From contig JAYODI010000010.1 of assembly GCA_038279365.1 (NCBI GenBank), forward strand, positions 34,762 to 98,761: a stretch of DNA of 64,000 nucleotides. Direction: 5' to 3'. The stretch comes from Candidatus Latescibacterota bacterium (GTDB lineage: Bacteria; Latescibacterota; UBA2968). Made by a program: the position numbers and the translations under genes. The notes beneath the pieces were generated by a model that was not told where the DNA came from, did not search any database, and saw only the letters and a list, made by a program, of their open reading frames with translations. This document shows, piece by piece, positions 8,841-18,189 of the stretch; the stretch's first letter is position 1, and every line of letters begins with the position of its first letter.

Positions 8841-10601
8841 ATGAATTTTTTTAAACCTTTCTGGCCGTATCTCAAAAACTATAAAGCCCGTATTTTCTGG
8901 GGTGTGCTGATGGTGGGGTTGGCCCAGGTGGCTTCTACGGGCATCCCTTATATGTTAAAATTGGCCGTAGACGCCATCGAAGCCAGTCAAAAAGGTATTT
9001 CAACAGATACTGTATTTGATCGTGTGGCATATTATGCGCTCATTATTGTTTTGTTGGCATTGATTCAAATGGCATTTGGCATGGGGATGCGTTGGCATAT
9101 TCAAGCCACATCGCGTTATGTGGAAAATGACATTCGAGAAGCCTATTTTGCACATTTGTTAAAGATGTCTATGAAATATTACAGTCGTATGCCAACGGGC
9201 GATCTGATGTCTCGGGCCACACACGATGTCAATGCCATTCGCATGTTTTTGAGTTTTGGTATTCGCATGCTTTTTGATGCCGCCATTGCCCTCACGTTGG
9301 GGCTAACAGTGATGTGTTTTATCGATTGGCAGTTGGCGCTCTACGCGCTAATTCCGATGCCGTTTTTGTCGTTTGCCATGAACCGGGTTGCTGGGCGCAT
9401 CAACACGGGTTTTCGTGAAGCACAAGAGATGTTTGCCGATATCAGTTCTCGCGTGCAAGAAAATCTGTCGGGTATTCGTGTGGTAAAAGCTTATGTACAA
9501 CGGCAAGGGGAGATTGCGACATTTGAAAAACTCAATCGTCAATATCTCAATAAAAATAAAACCCTCATTGGTGTGGAGAGCATTATTCGCCCATTGGCTT
9601 TTTTGCTTAGTGGTTCTTCGTTGATTATTGTATTGTGGTTAGGAGGCGAGCGCGTTTTAAGTGGGCAAATATCATTGGGAGATTTTGTTGCGTTTAATGG
9701 GTATTTGACCAAGCTGATATTTCCCATCATTTTGGTAGGCTGGATGATTGATCGTTATCAACGCGCCATTGCCGCGATGCGCCGCATCAATGCCATATTG
9801 GAAGAAGAAGCCGATATTGAAGATGCCGAAGATGTGATTGCACCCAAAGAGATTCGCGGCGAAATTGAATTGCGAAATCTGACTTTTGCCTACGACAAAA
9901 AAACGGTGGTTTTGGATGGGATAAATTTAAAAATACCCGCAGGAAGTTCGGTGGCCATCGTAGGTCGGGTAGGTTCTGGCAAAACCACTTTGGGCAGGTT
10001 GATTCCGCGCTTGATTCAAGCAGGCGACGGACAGGTCTTACTGGATGGGATTCCTGTAGAAAAAATCCCTCTACAAACCTTGCGTCAAAACATTGGTTTT
10101 GTGCCACAAGATTCCTTTTTGTTTTCGGATTCTTTGCGTGAAAATATTGCATTGGGCGTGGTTGATCCTACCGAAGAAGAGATTGAGTGGGCCATGGAAA
10201 CCTCGCAGTTGATAAATGATTTGCCCGATTTTCCGCAAGGATTAGATACCGTGGTGGGCGAACGCGGTGTGACGTTTTCGGGCGGGCAAAAACAGCGCAC
10301 CGCATTGGCCCGTGCAGTGATTCGCAAACCTAAGATTTTGATTTTAGACGATGCGATGGCCAGTGTCGATACGCATACTGAAGAAGAAATTTTGCGTCGG
10401 CTCAAAGAGATGATGGTTGGGCGAACCACCGTCATTATTGCCCATCGCATATCTACAGTGATGGGCGCCGATCAAATTGTGGTCTTAGAAGAAGGTAAAG
10501 TGGTTGAAATGGGCACGCATGAAGCGTTGTTGGCCCAAAAGGGAACCTATGCCGAAATGTATCAACGCCAACAACTCAACCAAGAATTGAGCGAAATTTA
10601 A
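8841..10601 (+). CDS. Heterodimeric ABC exporter subunit 1 (TMD+NBD)
   Basis: Walker A GRVGSGKT, signature FSGGQ, degenerate Walker B ILILDDA. ATG at 8841. Confidence 0.9.
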   Translation: MNFFKPFWPYLKNYKARIFWGVLMVGLAQVASTGIPYMLKLAVDAIEASQKGISTDTVFDRVAYYALIIVLLALIQMAFGMGMRWHIQATSRYVENDIREAYFAHLLKMSMKYYSRMPTGDLMSRATHDVNAIRMFLSFGIRMLFDAAIALTLGLTVMCFIDWQLALYALIPMPFLSFAMNRVAGRINTGFREAQEMFADISSRVQENLSGIRVVKAYVQRQGEIATFEKLNRQYLNKNKTLIGVESIIRPLAFLLSGSSLIIVLWLGGERVLSGQISLGDFVAFNGYLTKLIFPIILVGWMIDRYQRAIAAMRRINAILEEEADIEDAEDVIAPKEIRGEIELRNLTFAYDKKTVVLDGINLKIPAGSSVAIVGRVGSGKTTLGRLIPRLIQAGDGQVLLDGIPVEKIPLQTLRQNIGFVPQDSFLFSDSLRENIALGVVDPTEEEIEWAMETSQLINDLPDFPQGLDTVVGERGVTFSGGQKQRTALARAVIRKPKILILDDAMASVDTHTEEEILRRLKEMMVGRTTVIIAHRISTVMGADQIVVLEEGKVVEMGTHEALLAQKGTYAEMYQRQQLNQELSEI

Positions 10602-12389
10602 ATGGCACAAGAAAGTGTAGATTTTCACGAAGAAGAAGTTGATGAAATGCCATTTGATCTGCATCTGACCTTGCGGTTGTTGGCTTATTTGCGCCCTTAT
10701 TTTTGGTGGGTAGTGTTGTCCTTTGTGCTCATTTTGTCCACCTCGTTTACACAACAAATGGGGCCATATCTTTCTAAAATTGCGATAGATGATCATGTTT
10801 TGAAGGGCGATTGGAAAGGGCTGCACCAAATTGTGCTTGTGTTGGTTGGGGTTATCGTTCTCCAGTTCTTTTTGCATTACCTTCAAAATTATATCACCCA
10901 AATGATTGGGCAATGGGCTATGTTTGATATCCGTCACAAGATTTTCGAACATATCCAAACCCTACCGCTTTCCTTTTTTGATCGCACGCCTATTGGCCGC
11001 CTCATGACCCGCAATACCAATGATGTGGATGCCCTCAACGACTTTTTAACCGATGGGGTTGTGGTCGTTTTTAGCAATATTTTTACGCTGATTGCCATTG
11101 CTTCCTTTATGCTTTGGATGGATCTTCGGTTGGGTGGGGTGGTGATGGTGTTGGTCCCGATCATGTTTTTGGTGACCTTTTGGTTTCAAAATCGCATGTT
11201 GCGGGCTTTTCGAAAAGCCCGCAGTCGGTTGGCTCGTATCAATGCATTTTTACAAGAAAATATTTCGGGGATGATGGTTGTTCAGTTATTTAATCGCGAA
11301 ACCCGAAACATGGCCAGATTCAAAAGTGTCAATGACCGTTATTTGGATGCAAATCTGGAATCGACATTTTACTTTTCACTGTATTTTCCCATTATGGAAA
11401 TGTTGGGTGCTGTTGCTATTGGTGCAGTGATTTGGTATGGTGGTGGGGAAGTCATTCGACAAGAAATCGAGTGGGGGGTATTGGTGGCTATGTTGCAATA
11501 CATTCCCCGTTTTTTTAGACCGATTCTCGAAATTTCTGAACGATATGCCATTTTACAAGCGGCAATGGCATCTTCCGAACGGATCTTTGAATTGATCGAT
11601 ACACCTTCTGAACCCGTGGGGGGGAACCACACGCAAGAGCGCATTTCGGGAGAGATTGAGTTTGATCGCGTTTGGTTTGCTTATACCAAAGAGGACTGGG
11701 TCCTGAAAGATGTGTCTTTTAAAGTAAGTGCAGGACAGAGTGTGGCATTGGTAGGTGCAACAGGTTCTGGCAAATCAACCATTATCAGCTTGTTGTGTCG
11801 GTTTTATGATATTCAAAAAGGCAATATTCGAATAGATGGCGTTGATATTCAAGCGTGGGATGTTGAAGCTTTGCGCAACAGAATTGGCATTGTTCAGCAA
11901 GATGTGTTCTTGTTTTCGGGGGATATTGAAGGCAATATTCGGCTGGCAAATGATCAAATTACAGAACAACAAGTGCACCAAGCCGCCCAAGATGTCAATG
12001 CCCATACTTTTATACAACACTTGCCTCAAAAATACCAAGAACCCGTCAATGAAAGGGGGGGCACGCTTTCATCTGGGCAACGACAATTATTGGCCTTTGC
12101 GCGTGCCTTGGCATTTGACCCCGATGTTTTGATTTTGGATGAAGCCACAGCCAATGTGGATACCGAAACGGAAATGTGGATTCAGCAAGCCGTTACCCGT
12201 TTGATGCAGGCGCGCACATCCATTGTTATTGCACATCGCATTTCTACCATTCGCAGTGCAGATCGGATCATAGTGTTGCACAAAGGTGTTTTGCGTGAGC
12301 AAGGGTCTCATGAAGAACTTGTTGCCCAAAACGGAATTTATCAGCGCTTACACCATTTGCAATATGCATCGGGAAATACCTCTGATTGA
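10602..12389 (+). CDS. Heterodimeric ABC exporter subunit 2 (TMD+NBD)
   Basis: GATGSGKS, degenerate signature LSSGQ, ILDEAT. Abuts subunit 1. Confidence 0.9.
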   Translation: MAQESVDFHEEEVDEMPFDLHLTLRLLAYLRPYFWWVVLSFVLILSTSFTQQMGPYLSKIAIDDHVLKGDWKGLHQIVLVLVGVIVLQFFLHYLQNYITQMIGQWAMFDIRHKIFEHIQTLPLSFFDRTPIGRLMTRNTNDVDALNDFLTDGVVVVFSNIFTLIAIASFMLWMDLRLGGVVMVLVPIMFLVTFWFQNRMLRAFRKARSRLARINAFLQENISGMMVVQLFNRETRNMARFKSVNDRYLDANLESTFYFSLYFPIMEMLGAVAIGAVIWYGGGEVIRQEIEWGVLVAMLQYIPRFFRPILEISERYAILQAAMASSERIFELIDTPSEPVGGNHTQERISGEIEFDRVWFAYTKEDWVLKDVSFKVSAGQSVALVGATGSGKSTIISLLCRFYDIQKGNIRIDGVDIQAWDVEALRNRIGIVQQDVFLFSGDIEGNIRLANDQITEQQVHQAAQDVNAHTFIQHLPQKYQEPVNERGGTLSSGQRQLLAFARALAFDPDVLILDEATANVDTETEMWIQQAVTRLMQARTSIVIAHRISTIRSADRIIVLHKGVLREQGSHEELVAQNGIYQRLHHLQYASGNTSD

Positions 12390-12412
12390 GGTTCTTGCTA
12401 AAAGATTTTTTA

Positions 12413-12441
12413 TTGACAAAGGTGTCCTATTTATATACGTT
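12413..12441 (+). promoter_or_regulatory. Sigma70-type promoter for HU-bS22-tRNA-Arg unit
   Basis: TTGACA-17-TACGTT. Confidence 0.6.
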
Positions 12442-12515
12442 TAGGGCTCTTTAGGGGTGTCAACACAACGCCAATTTTCGACACTCGGCACCCAAGTGCG
12501 GCGAAAGGGGATGCG

Positions 12516-12827
12516 GTGACCAAAGCCGATATTGTCAATCAAATTGCCGAAGCCACAGGGCTAACCAAAACGGATACATCTGCTGTCGTAGAAGGTTTAA
12601 TTGCATCCGTTACCCATGCCATGCAGCGTGGTGAGCACATAGAAATTCGCGGGTTTGGAACATTTAAAGTTGTTGATCGTGCACCCCGTACAGGGCGCAA
12701 TCCTAAGACCGGCGAGGTGGTGAAAATACCTTCTCGGCCTGTTCCCGTATTTAAACCTTCACGGGAGTTGCGGGCATCGGTTGAAGAGGGGCAAGTCGTT
12801 TCTGGCATAGCTGAAAACGGCGATTAA
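12516..12827 (+). CDS. HU/IHF-family DNA-binding protein
   Basis: MTKADIV...IRGFGTF...GRNPKTGE...FKPS. Confidence 0.95.
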   Translation: MTKADIVNQIAEATGLTKTDTSAVVEGLIASVTHAMQRGEHIEIRGFGTFKVVDRAPRTGRNPKTGEVVKIPSRPVPVFKPSRELRASVEEGQVVSGIAENGD

Positions 12828-12845
12828 ATTTAGAGGAGGTGTACT

Positions 12846-12938
12846 TTGCCAAGTGGAAAGAAGCGCAAGCGTGCAAAAATAGCCACGCACAAGCGCAAAA
12901 AACGTCGCAGAAGAGACAGACACAAAAAGAAAGCCTAA
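12846..12938 (+). CDS. 30-aa basic protein, ribosomal protein bS22 (AURKAIP1/COX24-like); not in ORF track
   Basis: TTG start after AGAGGAGG. Translation MPSGKKRKRAKIATHKRKKRRRRDRHKKKA matches the Bacteroidota bS22 pattern MPSGKKRKRHK.ATHKRKKR. Confidence 0.85.
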   Translation: MPSGKKRKRAKIATHKRKKRRRRDRHKKKA

Positions 12939-12945
12939 GGTGTAG

Positions 12946-13022
12946 GGGGCATTAGCTCAGCTGGATAGAGCGCGAGCCTCCGGAGCTCGAGGTCACAGGT
13001 TCGAATCCTGTATGTCCCACCA
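12946..13022 (+). tRNA. tRNA-Arg(CCG)
   Basis: Cloverleaf with anticodon arm CGAGC-CT-CCG-GA-GCTCG, TTCGAATC and encoded CCA. Confidence 0.95.
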
Positions 13023-13032
13023 TTGTATTTTT

Positions 13033-13066
13033 AAAAGCCACGGTTATTATGCCGTGGCTTTTTTTT
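13033..13066 (+). terminator. Intrinsic terminator
   Basis: AAAAGCCACGG/CCGTGGCTTTT stem with T-run. Confidence 0.85.
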
Positions 13067-13255
13067 GTGTTTTTATTGGTGTTTTGATCATTTTTTTGAA
13101 AAATATATTTTTTCAAATGTCACCTGTTTAACACCCAATGGGGAATCTGTTGAATTATTATGTCTCAAATTGAAACCTTTTGACTGTGTGGTGGCATCTA
13201 AGAATATCAAAAGGTGCAAGTCCTACTGATCATGTGCCGATAAAGACATTACGAG

Positions 13256-13270
13256 TGGCACGATTTATGC
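13256..13270 (+). promoter_or_regulatory. Sigma54-like -24/-12 element
   Basis: TGGCACGATTTATGC (GG-N10-GC). Confidence 0.45.
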
Positions 13271-13587
13271 GTTGTTAAAGTTTTGGATGTTTGGGTTTGT
13301 GCGTTTTTGTTTCGTTTTTTAATATTTTATTTTGTAAACAATTGTTAATTAACAATTAGAGTGCAATTGGGCGGGTGTGGCGTGGTGATGTCATTTTTTT
13401 GATAATGTCAGAAAATTACCATTTCTCGTTTTGTCACATGCCTTTTATGTCATTTAGACAGATGCAACCCCCATGCATTCAAGGCGTTTAAAAGGTGTCT
13501 GCAGTAAGAAAAGCCACAATGTTTTTAGAAAGTGGCCTGAAGGCAAACGTTTCATCACTGTTGGTTTATCGGGAGGGAGGAATCCCT

Positions 13588-14487
13588 ATGGTTGCAACAA
13601 AGGAGTCGAGAGAGGTGCGTATGGAAAATACCGGGAGCAATGATTTGCGATCGTCTCGAGACCCGTCGGTGCAGCATTATCTTAAGGAACTTAGAAAATA
13701 TCCTCCGATGACCCGAGAAGAAGAAGAGGATGCCCTTAAGAAAGCCCGAGCGGGAAATGAACAGGCAATAGATCGTATTATTACGTCAAATTTGCGTTTT
13801 GTTGTGAGTGTGGCACTCGAATATCAAGGGCGTGGTGTGCCATTGGCCGACCTGATTGCCGAAGGCAATGTGGGGTTGATGGAGGCGCTTAAGCGTTTTG
13901 ACGAAAACAGAGGTTTCAAATTTATCAGTTATGCTGTTTGGTGGATTCGACAGGCCATTTTAAATGCGCTTAAGCGAACCTCTGCCGTTATGATGCCCGC
14001 CAATCGTCAAGAAGATATGGATCGTATGGCCCGTAGGTGGGGGCAAATGACCCAAGAATTGGGGCGTATCCCCACTTTGGAGGAAGTTGCCAAAGATATG
14101 AAAATCAGCCGAAAGCGGGCTGAGCGCGCCTTGCGTTGTGTGCGCCCCGATTTGTCTTTGGATACACCTCTTGACCCTTATGGCGAACAAACTTTGATAC
14201 ATTTGTTAGAATCTGATGAAGCCAACCCCGATGAATGGGTTGAAACATTGGATCAAGCCGATCTGGTAACGCAATCATTAGGTGATTCGCTCGATGAGCG
14301 CGAAGCCCAAGTGATTCGCTCTTATTTTGGCTTAGATGGGCAAGAAAGGTCAACGTTGGGAGAGATCGGCAACACACTTGGGGTCACGCGTGAACGTGTG
14401 CGCCAGATCCGAAACCGTGCCTTGTATAAGTTGCGGCGATATTTTAGGCAACGTGTGCCAGGGGGGCGGATGGAAGATTTGGTATAA
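13588..14487 (+). CDS. RNA polymerase sigma70 factor, RpoD/SigA-like lacking region 1.1
   Basis: YLKEL (1.2), NLRFVVSVA...FKFISYAVWWIRQ (region 2), TRERVRQI (4.2). GGAGG RBS before ATG 13588. Confidence 0.9.
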   Translation: MVATKESREVRMENTGSNDLRSSRDPSVQHYLKELRKYPPMTREEEEDALKKARAGNEQAIDRIITSNLRFVVSVALEYQGRGVPLADLIAEGNVGLMEALKRFDENRGFKFISYAVWWIRQAILNALKRTSAVMMPANRQEDMDRMARRWGQMTQELGRIPTLEEVAKDMKISRKRAERALRCVRPDLSLDTPLDPYGEQTLIHLLESDEANPDEWVETLDQADLVTQSLGDSLDEREAQVIRSYFGLDGQERSTLGEIGNTLGVTRERVRQIRNRALYKLRRYFRQRVPGGRMEDLV

Positions 14488-14521
14488 ACACCAAATGAAT
14501 TGGGATCAACATCAAACTTAT

Positions 14522-14562
14522 AAAGAGCGGATTCGAGAAATTTTAGAATCCGCTCTTTTTTT
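14522..14562 (+). terminator. Intrinsic terminator
   Basis: AAAGAGCGGATTC/GAATCCGCTCTTT with T-run. Confidence 0.8.
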
Positions 14563-14700
14563 ATTTATTTTTGAAGATGGTGAAAAGGGTTGATTCGTTC
14601 TCTCGAAAGGCTTAGATTTACCCGTAATCATTGGCTTTAATCATTTAATTTTCAAGACTTGCATTGATTTTAATCATGATTGTTGGAATTGGAGGTTTTT

Positions 14701-15630
14701 ATGGGGCTAACCGTGCCTCCTCCCCACCAAAAAGAGGAAGAATCTGTTCCCAATACCCAGCAAATAATCCCCACACCTCGGCGGTCTCCTTGGTTGATCA
14801 TCAAACAGGTTTTTCGCAGGGTCATTCGTCATGAGTGTACCGAAATTTCTGGTGAAATGGCATTTGACTTTTTGTTTGCCATTTTTCCTGCCGCGCTTTT
14901 TACGGCCACAATAATCGTTTACAGCGGCGTCTCGGCAGATGTGGTGTCCAAATCCTTAGATTTGATGGGTATTTTTTTGCACGATGTTTTTCGGCAAATG
15001 ATAGAAGACAATATTCAAACATTGGTGGCTTCTGAAAGTAGCTCACACAGTGTGCTTACATTTGGGCTATTGGGAGGGATATGGGTCGGTTCAAGCGCGG
15101 TGTCTGCAACCATTAAAGCGCTCAATAAAGCCTATGGCGTTCGTGAGACCCGCTCTTTTTTGCGGTTGCGGTTGTTGTCATTGCAATTGATGGTTGGTGC
15201 AGGATTGGCCTTGTTGCTTGCGTTTAATTTGTTGATCATGGGGTCTTGGATCGAAAATCAAATGCATCGGTTATTGCCCTTGGGGCATTTGTTGCCCAAT
15301 GTGATGGGCATGTTCAAGTGGCCGGCTGGTTTTTTATGCGCCGTGATCATGGCAGGTATGCTTTATCGGTCAGCGCCCAATTGCAAGCCCCGATTTGGTG
15401 AAGTTTGGCCAGGGGCGGTATTGTTTACGGTTTTGTGGTATCTTCTTTCGGAAGCCTTTGGTGCATATGTGAGTAATTTTAGTTACTACAACATGATGAC
15501 GGGGCTGTTAAAGGGTTTTATTGTTTTATTGCTCTGGATTTATCTCACCGCCTTATTTTTATTGATTGGTGGAGAATTAAATGCCGAGTTGGTCAACGGC
15601 AAATATGCCAATGACACCTCCCACTCCTAA
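14701..15630 (+). CDS. YihY/virulence factor BrkB family membrane protein
   Basis: FAIFPA, ALNKAYGVRETRSF, WPGA and LLWIYL...LIGGELNA motifs. Confidence 0.85.
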   Translation: MGLTVPPPHQKEEESVPNTQQIIPTPRRSPWLIIKQVFRRVIRHECTEISGEMAFDFLFAIFPAALFTATIIVYSGVSADVVSKSLDLMGIFLHDVFRQMIEDNIQTLVASESSSHSVLTFGLLGGIWVGSSAVSATIKALNKAYGVRETRSFLRLRLLSLQLMVGAGLALLLAFNLLIMGSWIENQMHRLLPLGHLLPNVMGMFKWPAGFLCAVIMAGMLYRSAPNCKPRFGEVWPGAVLFTVLWYLLSEAFGAYVSNFSYYNMMTGLLKGFIVLLLWIYLTALFLLIGGELNAELVNGKYANDTSHS

Positions 15631-15724
15631 ACTTTATAGGCAAGGTGTATCTGATCGTAAAAATGATTCATTGTTTTTTATATTTCTTTTTGTTTAACAT
15701 ACAAGTACGTTGGATTTTATACTT

Positions 15725-16498
15725 ATGACTCGTATTTTTGCATCGTTGGGGGCTAAGCTCATTGTATTTTTTGTTCAAGTGCTCAACATGTATCGTTATC
15801 TGGTTCAATGTTTGCGCGAATTGCGCCATTTGTATCTTTATCGTCACCAAGTGGTTGAACAATGTTATACAATAGGGGTTGGTTCTTTACCTTTGGTGTG
15901 TTTGATTTCTGCTTTTAGTGGTATGGCTGTGGCCATTCAAATGGCTTATCAAATGGAAGCCTATGTGCCCGATTATATGGTGGGCAGCATTGTGGTGCGT
16001 TCTGTGGTTTTGGTGTTGTCACCGATTTTAATTGGTTTGGTGCTTGCAGGGCGCGTAGGAGCGGGCATTGCCTCCGAATTGGGTACCATGAAAGTGTCTG
16101 AACAGGTTGACGCTCTAACCTCTATGGCCATTGATCCTGTGGGATATTTGATGTTGCCACGGGTGTTGGCGGGGTTGCTCATGATTCCTATTTTGGTCAT
16201 TTTTTCATCTTTTGTATCCATTGTGGCGGGTTTTGCCATGTCTGTGATCAAAATGGATATCACAATTACCGACTTTATAAAAGGTATGAAGCTTGACTTT
16301 ATGATGTATGATGTGTTTGTTGGTTTGGTTAAGGCAACCGTTTATGGTGGCATGTTGACATTTATGGGCGCATATATGGGGTTGCAAGCCGATGGTGGGG
16401 CCCAAGGGGTTGGACGTGCGGCCACGGCTGCGGTTGTGGTGTCGTCGGCACTGATTTTGATCTTGGATTATTTTCTCACACATGCCTTGCTCTATTAA
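15725..16498 (+). CDS. mlaE: MlaE-family ABC permease
   Basis: AGRVGAGIASELGTMKVSEQVDAL...PRVLA and GGAQGVGRA motifs. Confidence 0.9.
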   Translation: MTRIFASLGAKLIVFFVQVLNMYRYLVQCLRELRHLYLYRHQVVEQCYTIGVGSLPLVCLISAFSGMAVAIQMAYQMEAYVPDYMVGSIVVRSVVLVLSPILIGLVLAGRVGAGIASELGTMKVSEQVDALTSMAIDPVGYLMLPRVLAGLLMIPILVIFSSFVSIVAGFAMSVIKMDITITDFIKGMKLDFMMYDVFVGLVKATVYGGMLTFMGAYMGLQADGGAQGVGRAATAAVVVSSALILILDYFLTHALLY

Positions 16499-16500
16499 CT

Positions 16501-17247
16501 ATGTCTGATCAAAGCACAGCTGTTTTATTTCAAAACGTCTACAAATCCTTTGATGATCAACCCGTTTTAAAGGGGTTGGATTTGGATATCCCGGTGGGGA
16601 AGATCACCACCATACTTGGGCCAAGTGGATGTGGCAAAAGTGTGACGCTTCGCCACATCAATGGGATTGAGCGCCCCGATTCTGGGCAAGTGATGGTGTT
16701 GGGGCAAGATGTAGACAAAATGCGTCGTAGCGATTTAACCGCATTGCGCAAGCGCATTGGCGTTTTGTTCCAGTCTTCGGCTTTGTTTGATTCGATGACC
16801 GTAAAAGAAAATGTTGCTTTTGGTTTGCGTATGCATACCAAAATGACAGAGGCTGAAATTTCAGAGCGGGTTCATGTGTGTTTGGATGCCGTAAAATTGG
16901 CGGGTACAGAAGAGAAAATGCCAGTTGAATTATCGGGTGGGATGCGAAAACGAGCTGCGCTTGCCAGAGCCATTGCCATGTCTCCTGAGTTTATTTTATA
17001 CGACGAACCCACAACAGGTTTGGATCCCAATACCTCCAATGTGGTGGGGGATTATATTTTGAAATTGCAAGATGAACTTAAAATTACATCTGTGGTTGTT
17101 ACTCATGACATGCCATTAACGCGGCGGGTATCAGATAAGGTGGCCTTGTTGTTTCAAGGCAAAGCAGTTGTTCAAGGTGCGCTGGATGATATTGAAGCCA
17201 GCCAAAATGAGGTTTATCAAAAGTTTATCGGTGGTCGTTTGGGGTAA
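16501..17247 (+). CDS. mlaF: MlaF-family ABC ATPase
   Basis: GPSGCGKS, FQSSALFDSMTV, LSGGMRKR and YDEPTTGLDP motifs. Confidence 0.9.
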   Translation: MSDQSTAVLFQNVYKSFDDQPVLKGLDLDIPVGKITTILGPSGCGKSVTLRHINGIERPDSGQVMVLGQDVDKMRRSDLTALRKRIGVLFQSSALFDSMTVKENVAFGLRMHTKMTEAEISERVHVCLDAVKLAGTEEKMPVELSGGMRKRAALARAIAMSPEFILYDEPTTGLDPNTSNVVGDYILKLQDELKITSVVVTHDMPLTRRVSDKVALLFQGKAVVQGALDDIEASQNEVYQKFIGGRLG

Positions 17248-17253
17248 TGTGAT

Positions 17254-18162
17254 ATGCGTAATCGAGAGCATGAAGTTATTTTAGGTGCTGTGGTATTTGT
17301 TGCAGCGGTAATTTTGGTGGTTGGTACGGTGTGGTTGTCCGAACGCTATGCAGGTGCATCGGGCGGATATCGGGTACGGGTGCAATTTGAAGCCGTTCCG
17401 GGTTTGCAGGTTGGAAATCCTGTTACATTTCGAGGGGTGTGGGTAGGGAAGGTTTTGGGAATCTCTCTTGAGAGTGGCCAACCCATTGTTACGCTCGGTT
17501 TTGCCAAATTTGATGCCCTTCCGGTCGATTCCAAAATTGTGGTCAAAGCCGATGGTTTGTTGGGTGGGCAAATGATCGAGATTCAGGTGGGGGCATCCAC
17601 AAAGACCCTTGCAGATAATGCCCTTGTATTGGGAGAGACGTCTGGTGGTTTGGAACAGGTCATGGAAGATGGTGGCCAATTGGTGGCGCGGGTTAGTGAT
17701 GTTGTAGAGCAGTTGGGTGCCCCAGAAAACATCCGTCACTTAGGTGTCGCCATTGCTCACTTTGATTCTTCGGCACAGCAACTCAATGGTCTTTTGACTG
17801 AAAATAGACATGCGGTGCAAAAGGTGATTCAGCAATTGGAGGCGACTTCTTTAGATGCACAAGGGATATTGCACGATAATCGCACAGATATCAAGGAGGC
17901 GGTTGGGAATTTGAAGCAGGCGACGGGTGAAATGGCACAAATCACACAAAATATGAAAGAAACGTCTGTATCTATGAAGCGCACATTTGACAATTTGGAT
18001 CAAATTACGGGTCAAATGCGCGAAGGAAAAGGAACTGTGGGTAAACTTATTCAAGACGATGGTGTCTATAAACACCTGGACCGTACATTGACCTCTGTTG
18101 ACAGTTTGGTCGAAGACATCAAGCGTGATCCGTCAAGGTATTTTAAATTTAGCGTCTTTTAA
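17254..18162 (+). CDS. MCE/MlaD-family protein with long helical extension
   Basis: N-terminal TM, GLQVGNPVTFRGVWVGKV MCE motif, GTVGKLI and DIKRDPSRY tail. Confidence 0.85.
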   Translation: MRNREHEVILGAVVFVAAVILVVGTVWLSERYAGASGGYRVRVQFEAVPGLQVGNPVTFRGVWVGKVLGISLESGQPIVTLGFAKFDALPVDSKIVVKADGLLGGQMIEIQVGASTKTLADNALVLGETSGGLEQVMEDGGQLVARVSDVVEQLGAPENIRHLGVAIAHFDSSAQQLNGLLTENRHAVQKVIQQLEATSLDAQGILHDNRTDIKEAVGNLKQATGEMAQITQNMKETSVSMKRTFDNLDQITGQMREGKGTVGKLIQDDGVYKHLDRTLTSVDSLVEDIKRDPSRYFKFSVF

Positions 18163-18189
18163 CGGTCATTAACCAAAGGATTTTGGGAT

